Source: Candidatus Iainarchaeum sp. (GTDB lineage Archaea > Iainarchaeota > Iainarchaeia > Iainarchaeales > JAGVWC01). Taken from it: 22,285 nt of DNA. Both the position numbers and the translations under genes were made by a program. The stretch lies in contig JAGVWC010000007.1 of NCBI GenBank assembly GCA_018304465.1, forward strand, positions 1 through 22,285, given 5' to 3'. Each line of letters starts with the position of its first letter. Positions within the stretch are counted from its first letter, which is position 1. Below are positions 15,852 to 22,285 of the stretch, piece after piece. The notes under the pieces were generated by a model that was not told the origin of the DNA, did not search any database, and was given only the letters and a program-made list of their open reading frames with translations.

Positions 15852-17015
15852 TTATGACGATCCCTCCGCATCAATTCCCGCGACCATTTGGTTGCTGTTC
15901 AAATCGAAAAAATTGAAATCCGATCCGATGGCCGAAAGATTCCGGAACACGAATCTTCCATCCGAAGCAACCGTTCCAAAATCACTCCACGCTGCCAAAA
16001 GACCCGGATAAGCGTTCGTATCCCCGCTTAACAGAATCGTGGGAACGAGGAAAACGTTGTAATCGGCCAATAGTTTTTTTCCTTCCGCAGACGCGACATC
16101 CACATAGGTTCGGGTCGCGACTTCAAGCCCGAAAACCTGGGACAAAAGCCCCGTATGAAGATTCACGTCGTAACACGAAGCACACGCGTTCATGCCCAAA
16201 AAAATCGCGTGAACGATCCCGACTTTCTTGCCGGAATTCAAATCCAAATACACCGGCGGAAACTGCCGAAACACGAAATTTCCATCAGACTCTTTGGACC
16301 CATAATTCGAAATCCCTGCGAAAAACTCACTGTACAACTCGACGTCCCGCGAAAAAATAATCGACGGAAGACGTTGCAGTTTGTAATCGGCCGCCACCGC
16401 TTGCCCTTCAAGCGACGAAGACGCGAGTGTACGGTACTGTCCGAGCTTGAAACCCGATTGGGCCATTTGTTCTTCGGAAGGCACTTGGCGGCACTCCGAA
16501 CAATTCAAATCGAAAACAACCGTGACATCCACGATTCCGCGTTCGCGGTTTTCCTGCAAATCGAAAAAAACCGGCGGAACGTTTCCGACCACAAACACGT
16601 AATCCCCCATGTCCAGACGACGCACAGGAGCAATCGCTTCAGACAACTGATCCGTGGCCGCCTGATTGGCAAACAACAGGATCGAAGGAACGCGATTCAA
16701 ATCGAAATCATCCACGACTCCGAGGCCCTCGGAAGAATCAAACTCGATGGACCGCTCTTCGGTAACGGAAAAACCCTGGGCTTCCAACTCGCTTTTGAAA
16801 CCCGCAAGCGGAGTGCAATCCACGCAATCCGAATTCACGACATACAACAACCGAAGCTTTGGGGTTTCTGCCGCGGGGTTGCCGGTGTTTTGATCGTTGT
16901 TTGCAGCCGGAGGCAGCAAATTGAAAGAACCCACGTTAAACAACAAGGCCACGTTCACCAACAGCACCAAAGCGACCGCCGCGATCAGCACGATTTCGAG
17001 TTTTCCCAGTTTCAA
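15852..17015 (-). CDS. Membrane-anchored protein with three tandem thioredoxin-like CxxC repeats
   Basis: N-terminal TM, then three roughly 105-115-aa repeats, each with CxxC (CVDC, CSEC, CASC), an SxEG motif and a cis-Pro-like VPS/LPS/VPT loop, ending in DL. TTG start 8 nt after GGAGG. Confidence 0.85.
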   Translation of the reverse strand: MKLGKLEIVLIAAVALVLLVNVALLFNVGSFNLLPPAANNDQNTGNPAAETPKLRLLYVVNSDCVDCTPLAGFKSELEAQGFSVTEERSIEFDSSEGLGVVDDFDLNRVPSILLFANQAATDQLSEAIAPVRRLDMGDYVFVVGNVPPVFFDLQENRERGIVDVTVVFDLNCSECRQVPSEEQMAQSGFKLGQYRTLASSSLEGQAVAADYKLQRLPSIIFSRDVELYSEFFAGISNYGSKESDGNFVFRQFPPVYLDLNSGKKVGIVHAIFLGMNACASCYDVNLHTGLLSQVFGLEVATRTYVDVASAEGKKLLADYNVFLVPTILLSGDTNAYPGLLAAWSDFGTVASDGRFVFRNLSAIGSDFNFFDLNSNQMVAGIDAEGSS

Positions 17016-17030
17016 AGTTTTCTCCTCCCA

Positions 17031-17948
17031 TCACGATTTTTTGGCCAATTCAGATTCAATGACCGATTTTAATTGGTCATACGACTGCGGACCCACCAAA
17101 ACAGTGTCCCCAATAAAAAAAGTCGGAGTGCCATAAATACCCATGCGTTTGCCTTCGTCGGAAGTGGTGTTCACAACATCCGAATATTTTCCGGATCCAA
17201 GACACTGCGCAAAACTGTTTTGATCCAATCCGACTTCGCGAGCGATGCTGTTAAACACAGGCATTCCTTCGTCGCGAAACAACAACTGGTTATCGAAAAG
17301 ACGGCCCTTGTATTCCGCGAACTTTCCTTGTTCCGCCGCACACGCGACTGACAACGCGGCTTCCGAACTATACTGATGACTTGGCAAGGGAAAATACTTC
17401 CACAACAAATTCACTTGACCGTCGTAATCCGAAAGAATTTTTTGCACCGCAGGCTCCGATTGCTTGGTAAACGGACACGAAAAACACCCGAACTCGACAA
17501 TCGTCAAAGACGCATTCCGGCCACCCTGCCACTGACCCGAAACCAAATCCGGTTTTCCCTTGATGTCGGACGGAGAAAGCTTGGACGGATCCTGACCCGA
17601 AAAAGTGTTATAAATGCAAAACTCGCTTGAATTCGGACCGTTACAGTTCCCGAAAGCCCACCAATTATAGACGCCGATCACGCTTAACACGAGACTTGCG
17701 ACCGTCAACACCGTCAAAACCCAGGACAAACCTTCGAAATACTTGAAAACAAAACCACCCAACGCCTTGTTTTGCTTTAACAAACCCGTGGAAATCCGGG
17801 TTTTCATTTTCGTGTCAAAACCCGTGGTGCACTTTCGAAACGTGACGCGCCGAAAAACACAATCAAAAGCCTCGGTCGCCAATTGGCGATGCGACGCGCT
17901 AAAAATCCCCATGATTCCGAACACGATGAGCGCAATAAAACAAATCAA
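17031..17948 (-). CDS. DsbA-family protein with an N-terminal Cys-rich membrane domain and an atypical CFSCPFT active site
   Basis: C-terminal DsbA fold: TIVEFGCFSCPFT, WKYFPL, CAAEQGKF, GIYGTPTFFIG. The N-terminal ~110 aa has two TM segments and five Cys. Start placed at TTG 17948, 7 nt after GGTGA; the track start is 17966. Confidence 0.85.
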   Translation of the reverse strand: MICFIALIVFGIMGIFSASHRQLATEAFDCVFRRVTFRKCTTGFDTKMKTRISTGLLKQNKALGGFVFKYFEGLSWVLTVLTVASLVLSVIGVYNWWAFGNCNGPNSSEFCIYNTFSGQDPSKLSPSDIKGKPDLVSGQWQGGRNASLTIVEFGCFSCPFTKQSEPAVQKILSDYDGQVNLLWKYFPLPSHQYSSEAALSVACAAEQGKFAEYKGRLFDNQLLFRDEGMPVFNSIAREVGLDQNSFAQCLGSGKYSDVVNTTSDEGKRMGIYGTPTFFIGDTVLVGPQSYDQLKSVIESELAKKS

Positions 17949-18008
17949 AACATCGTCACCAGACAAAAAGAAACGATTTCAATAGACTTTAACCTTGAAA
18001 CGGTTTTT

Positions 18009-18046
18009 AAAAAAAGCGGTTGGGTTCGGAAAACCCCGAACCACCG
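18009..18046 (-). terminator. Hairpin plus oligo-T putative terminator; the T-tract overlaps a TATA-like box for the downstream thioredoxin operon
   Basis: On the plus strand CGGT-TG-GGTTCGG-(AAAACC)-CCGAACC-ACCG lies immediately after the stop of 18047-19027. On the minus strand it is followed by T7 and then AAAAA. Confidence 0.55.
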
Positions 18047-19027
18047 TTAATCGACGCCAACAGGCAAATCCTGCGAAACAACCGGGGCTGACACCGGCGG
18101 CTTTGAAGCGACTTTCGCAGGACGCAAAAACATCAAATAACCAAACACCGCCAAAAAAACCACGGCCAAACCAAAAAACACCATGGCCCACTGGTTAATT
18201 CCCGTGGTCCACGCGGACACGTACACGGTCACCGCCGACACCAATGACGCAGACGAAACCACGGACTTAGCCGCCGAAAACTGACTCAAAAAAGACGCGC
18301 CCAAGGACTGCGATTCGACTGACACCACGGCACCAAGGCCCCCTAACACCAAACCGGCGACCAAAAACGATACTCCCAAACAAAGAAACACGAATCGGTT
18401 ACGCAAAATCAAAACCAGCAAAACCGAAAAAACAATCGCGATCAAACCGAACAACAAGGAAAGAACCGGCAACTGATTCAATACGTCGCGACCCTGACTA
18501 AGCGACGCCATCATCGTTTCCCGCTGACTTGGCGGGATTTGTTGCAGGACATCGATCGAATCAGGAACCAGGGAAAAATCCACGTACTCGGCCACCGAAG
18601 AACCCAATGGCCCCGAAAAACGCTGGTCCAAAAAAAATTCCGCCCGCTGTTTTGGGCTGGCCAAGGAAACCGAAAGCGACAACGTCGACGCGTTACCGTT
18701 CAAAAAACCAAAAACGTTATCCACCAAGCCGTTTACCTGGGAATCAAACCACGCTTGATCGACGCTTGCCGACACCAATTCGCTCGAAAAATTCGGTCCC
18801 ACGGTTTGACGCAGCGGAAACGGAATCTGGGAATCCACGTACGATTCCAACTGGGAAGACACCGCGGGAAACAGATTCAGCGCGGCAATGGCTTTTTTCG
18901 CGTTATTGGGATCCGTTACGACGTGATCCGAAACGGAAACGATTCCAAAACCCACCACGGCCACGACGAGCAAAAAACACAAGCAGGCGCAAAGACCGAC
19001 TCTCAAAAAGACCAAAGGTTTTGTCAT
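18047..19027 (-). CDS. Hypothetical membrane protein (N-terminal TM, large soluble loop, three C-terminal TMs)
   Basis: 326-aa ORF with clear hydrophobic segments. TTTATATA box about 29 nt upstream. Confidence 0.8.
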   Translation of the reverse strand: MTKPLVFLRVGLCACLCFLLVVAVVGFGIVSVSDHVVTDPNNAKKAIAALNLFPAVSSQLESYVDSQIPFPLRQTVGPNFSSELVSASVDQAWFDSQVNGLVDNVFGFLNGNASTLSLSVSLASPKQRAEFFLDQRFSGPLGSSVAEYVDFSLVPDSIDVLQQIPPSQRETMMASLSQGRDVLNQLPVLSLLFGLIAIVFSVLLVLILRNRFVFLCLGVSFLVAGLVLGGLGAVVSVESQSLGASFLSQFSAAKSVVSSASLVSAVTVYVSAWTTGINQWAMVFFGLAVVFLAVFGYLMFLRPAKVASKPPVSAPVVSQDLPVGVD

Positions 19028-19104
19028 GAACGCCTACCATAATGGGCACTAGTACTATATAAAAGTTAAGCAAAAAAAAAGCGGAAAAAAAACGGAAAGA
19101 TTTT

Positions 19105-19854
19105 TTAGTCGCTTTCGATGCGCGGCGCCAAAAAATACGTCAAATCCGCCTGACCGATCTTGTAATTGATCTTTACCGGCGCGTTCGAGCGGATGAACAA
19201 ATTCACTTCGGTATCGCTTGACGCGGCTTTTAGCATGTCCGACAAATAATCCAGCGGAAACATGGCCTGGCAATCATTACGCGATTTCAAACTCAACAAT
19301 CCTTTTTCTTCTTTCGAAGTTTCGGACTTCAATTCGCCTTTGGACGAACTTGCGCGCAACGAAAAACGCTCGCCTTTGACTCCGACCATGACATGCGTGG
19401 AAATCAACAACGCGTCTTTTAATCCGTCCTGCAAAACGCCCGCCGCCATTTTCAATTCGGCTTCAAAATCAAGCTTTGGCGTCGGCAAATCCGCGGAAGA
19501 AACGTCAATCAATGGAATCGAAAAACTGCGTTTGGACGCGCCTTTAAAACCGGCTAGCAAACGCGAATTTTCCTCGTCAAGTTCCAACGACAACTCGTCG
19601 CTTGACTTGGAACGCGCCATGACTTGCGCCAAATAATCCAAATCCAAACCAATCTTGGCCACGCCATCGGCTTTAAAGGATTTGAACGCGGTTTTTGGCA
19701 AGGAAAAATCAACCATTGAAATCTGGGACGGGTCCGTTGCCTTTAACGACAACCCGTTTTCATCTACCACAAATTCGGCTTCGTCAATCAAAACCGCAAT
19801 CGCGTCAATACACCGCTTAAACTCCGCTGCATTATCCAAAACCAGTGAAATCAC
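19105..19854 (-). CDS. pcn: DNA polymerase sliding clamp (PCNA), canonical copy
   Basis: 249 aa with LIDEAEF, LKATDPSQISMVDF, IGLDL, FSIPLID, FPLDYL and C-terminal YFLAPRIE. Confidence 0.96.
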   Translation of the reverse strand: MISLVLDNAAEFKRCIDAIAVLIDEAEFVVDENGLSLKATDPSQISMVDFSLPKTAFKSFKADGVAKIGLDLDYLAQVMARSKSSDELSLELDEENSRLLAGFKGASKRSFSIPLIDVSSADLPTPKLDFEAELKMAAGVLQDGLKDALLISTHVMVGVKGERFSLRASSSKGELKSETSKEEKGLLSLKSRNDCQAMFPLDYLSDMLKAASSDTEVNLFIRSNAPVKINYKIGQADLTYFLAPRIESD

Positions 19855-19918
19855 GAAAAAAACCCCTTTTTTGAATATTATACCTAATGGCCCAACTAGG
19901 TTTTAAAAAAAGAACCTG

Positions 19919-20698
19919 TTAGGAACGCCCCCCAACCGCAGTCCAATACGCGCAATACTCGCCTTGAACCGAAACGTTTCTTGGACAGCCCGCCAACAAT
20001 TCAATGACATCATCCCAAATCAACAACTTGACATACCCCAACACCGGAATCTTAAACCACTGTTTTCCAATCACGGCTTTCGAATCGATTCCGTACGGCG
20101 TAATACACCCAAATTGCGGCCGACCCAACACGATCCGACCGCAATCCTGGTCAAACGTAGGGTTCGCGTCGCCTTTGGTCAAAATAAACGTTCCGTTCTG
20201 AGTCACAATTTTCAAAACCGCCCGATGAATCACCGGAATCCTCGAAAACTCGGAAAAATACACGATCGTATCCCCGTTCAAATCAAACCGGATTTCTTTT
20301 CCCGAAATTTCCACCGCATAAAACGCCAAATTTCCTTCGGAATCGATCACGCGCCTTACTTTTCCGAATTCTTCAAACCCCCGGTTCTTCAATGCGCCAT
20401 TAAACGCGACTTCCTGGGCCTTGACCGACGAAGCGGAAGCGCCTTGCAACACGACAATATCGCCGCGATGCAACACGGGCTCCATCGAACCCGACACCAC
20501 GATCACGATCGGCATGGCAGTGCCCAGCAAAAAACCCAAGGCCACATACAACACGTACGCGGACAAAAACGCGGTCACGACTTCGACAAAAAAACGAAAC
20601 ATGGGAACTTCATCCATTCCCAAGCGCTTGACCAACAAATCCGAATACGTGAACGGATCCAGCCACTTTAAGCGTTCCTTAAATTCTACCCAGTCCAT
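19919..20698 (-). CDS. sec11: Signal peptidase I, archaeal/ER (Sec11, S26B) type
   Basis: TM followed by VVSGSMEPVLHRGDIV (catalytic Ser), VIHRAV (His), TKGDAN, and VIGK...IPVLGY. Start placed at ATG 20698 because the track start (20821) overlaps the upstream gene. Confidence 0.93.
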   Translation of the reverse strand: MDWVEFKERLKWLDPFTYSDLLVKRLGMDEVPMFRFFVEVVTAFLSAYVLYVALGFLLGTAMPIVIVVSGSMEPVLHRGDIVVLQGASASSVKAQEVAFNGALKNRGFEEFGKVRRVIDSEGNLAFYAVEISGKEIRFDLNGDTIVYFSEFSRIPVIHRAVLKIVTQNGTFILTKGDANPTFDQDCGRIVLGRPQFGCITPYGIDSKAVIGKQWFKIPVLGYVKLLIWDDVIELLAGCPRNVSVQGEYCAYWTAVGGRS

Positions 20699-20754
20699 AA
20701 CCCGCAATCCTATACCAGTAAACACCAAAAGAATAAAAAAGCACGAACAAAGGA

Positions 20755-22284
20755 CTACTTTTTGAAATACTCGTAACCAATCGCGCCCAACGCCAATACG
20801 ATCACTGCGACCGACACCCACAGAATCGGATCGGATTCATCCATGGGATTCTGCGAAGAAGCGACTTTGATGCACACGCCTGCCTTGCATACACTGCCGA
20901 CATCACACGGTTCTCCATCCGGAAACTTGATCGCGTAACAAGAGCCTTTCACGCAACGACTGGCCACACAAGCGCTTGACGACGCACAATCAGAAGTCAA
21001 AACACACTGGTTCGACCGGACCTCCATGTCCGTCGAACTCGTTGCCGCCACCGCAAACGGATATACAAACAATAACACGTCTTCGCTGGTCAAAGCGACA
21101 GGAAAAACATATTCGATCACGACGGTTTGTTGCGAAAGCAGCCCTGGCACCGTAAACGAAATCGCAGTTGAACCTGCAATCCGGTCAAAAGGAATATCCG
21201 AACGCGCCAGATCCGCGAATTTTTCCGGAAGAACCTCGTACACCACTACGTTTTTCAACGCCGAACCCGAAACATTGGTCAACTCTAAAATTACCCGTGA
21301 CTGCTCCACCACTTTGCCGCCCGTCCGAATCGATTCCACCACCACGCTTCGCTTGACGGAAACAAAACCCAACGCGGACTGAACCCCTTGGATTGAAAGA
21401 CCAAACAAACCCGGCAAATCGGACAATTCAGAAACGTTCCCGGGGGACACTTTGGTTTCGCCGATCAACCGTCTTGAAACGACTTCGGATCCGCCGCAAT
21501 CCGCGGGACACGAAATCACGGATTCAGACGCTTCGCATACCCGGTTCCCGCAACCCAAGGCACAATCCACCGGACAAGACAAGTTATTTTCGGTTCCCGT
21601 GCAGGCACGATCGCCACACCACGCTGGACAGTCGTTTGGACACGTAATCGCGGATTCGGTTTTTTCACAAAAGTTGTTCCCGCAGTGATCCAGCGGAACA
21701 CCGCTTGCGGACTCAAACGTAACGGGAAAACTATTCGCCGCGGTGTTGACGTCCGCGTTGTTTTGGGCTTTGATGTACACGCGTTTTGTGTGGGGTAATG
21801 AAACTGCGGAAGAAATCGAAAAAGAATAGGTCGTGTTTACTCCATTGTCGGCAAACGAATCCCCGTTGTCGGTTGAAATCCAGTATTTTTTGATCCCGCT
21901 GGTTGCGGACGCCGTGTAACTGAAACTTGCGGTTAAACCGGTGACGGTTAAACGCGTGATCGTTAAGAACAAGCTTGGCAGCGATTTGTCCACGAGCACG
22001 TAAATGCGGTTCGTGGTTTCGCGGTTGCTTCGGATATCGGTTGAATTAAAATCGATCGCATAATTTCCGTCAGATGTAATCAAGATATTTTGATCAAAGG
22101 TTTGCCAACCACCCATCGAAACCACGTCACTTGAATCCGAATCCAAGCGAAACTGCGTTAACAAACAACCGGACGCATCGGAACACGTCAACACCACATT
22201 CGCATCCACATTCTGCCACGCATTATTATAATCCGAAGACGTAACAGGCGGAGAAGAATCATTTGCAACCGCAAAGTTATTGTC
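20755..22284 (-). CDS. C-terminal part of a large Cys-rich, C-terminally membrane-anchored surface protein; 5' end lies outside the window
   Basis: The frame stays open from 22284 (DNNFAVANDSSPPVTSSDYNNAWQNV...) to TAG at 20755. It has Ser/Thr-rich beta-sandwich-like segments, three CGxxxC-x8-CPxDC repeats, a DUF11/Ig-like domain (LELTNVSG..LKNVVVYEVLP), an 8-Cys domain, and a C-terminal TM followed by KK. Confidence 0.88.
   Translation of the reverse strand, partial: DNNFAVANDSSPPVTSSDYNNAWQNVDANVVLTCSDASGCLLTQFRLDSDSSDVVSMGGWQTFDQNILITSDGNYAIDFNSTDIRSNRETTNRIYVLVDKSLPSLFLTITRLTVTGLTASFSYTASATSGIKKYWISTDNGDSFADNGVNTTYSFSISSAVSLPHTKRVYIKAQNNADVNTAANSFPVTFESASGVPLDHCGNNFCEKTESAITCPNDCPAWCGDRACTGTENNLSCPVDCALGCGNRVCEASESVISCPADCGGSEVVSRRLIGETKVSPGNVSELSDLPGLFGLSIQGVQSALGFVSVKRSVVVESIRTGGKVVEQSRVILELTNVSGSALKNVVVYEVLPEKFADLARSDIPFDRIAGSTAISFTVPGLLSQQTVVIEYVFPVALTSEDVLLFVYPFAVAATSSTDMEVRSNQCVLTSDCASSSACVASRCVKGSCYAIKFPDGEPCDVGSVCKAGVCIKVASSQNPMDESDPILWVSVAVIVLALGAIGYEYFKK
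21496..21684 (-). repeat. Three tandem Cys-rich repeats with a 22-aa period (CGNNFCEKTESAITCPNDC / CGDRACTGTENNLSCPVDC / CGNRVCEASESVISCPADC)
   Basis: Read from the translation. The period is 66 nt with four invariant Cys per unit. Confidence 0.92.
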
Positions 22285-22285
22285 A

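Noticed and set aside
17977-18000. TTTCAA-N12-TTGAAA upstream of the thioredoxin operon as a second site for the CARF-wHTH regulator
   Set aside because: The half-sites resemble the 14365-14384 palindrome, but the spacing is 6 nt longer, and short AT-rich inverted repeats arise easily by chance.
1470-19854. Integrated element or segmental duplication bounded by the two PCNA genes
   Set aside because: The paralogs are highly diverged, there is no integrase or att-like repeat, and the intervening genes are cellular housekeeping or stress functions.

Overview
Gene-dense archaeal chromosomal segment. It has PCNA genes, a Sec11-type signal peptidase, TATA boxes about 25-30 nt before apparently leaderless starts, and GGAGG/GGTGA ribosome-binding sites. 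The gene content and the surface proteins suggest a DPANN archaeon, probably Ca. Iainarchaeota/Diapherotrites-like (inference). Left to right: the 5' part of a secreted beta-helix surface protein that runs off the left edge; a divergent PCNA paralog; a complete bacterial-type arsR-sufC-sufB-sufD-sufS-sufU operon with a divergent sufT; two very basic orphan genes; a radical SAM enzyme; mutY; an alpha/beta hydrolase; a structured intergenic element; a small coiled-coil protein; a DUF1624-type membrane protein; a small membrane protein; a glutaredoxin divergent from a CARF-like/winged-HTH regulator; a three-gene operon of membrane-anchored thioredoxin-fold proteins; a membrane protein; a canonical PCNA; signal peptidase I; and the 3' part of a Cys-rich membrane-anchored surface protein entering from the right edge. 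No rRNA, tRNA, CRISPR array or mobile element is visible. The most interesting signals are: (1) a putative envelope redox/disulfide module made of a DsbA with a shifted CxxCxxT site fused to a Cys-rich membrane domain, a triple-CxxC protein, a canonical DsbA, and a CC-bearing CARF-wHTH regulator with a perfect 8-4-8 palindrome; (2) strong D-x-N enrichment in exported proteins; (3) two PCNA paralogs, one lacking the LAP[RK] motif; (4) a Cys-tailed ArsR with an SmtB/CzrA-type operator over the SUF promoter; (5) two candidate ATT/ATA start codons. All assignments come from motif recognition and hand counts, and no database searches were run.
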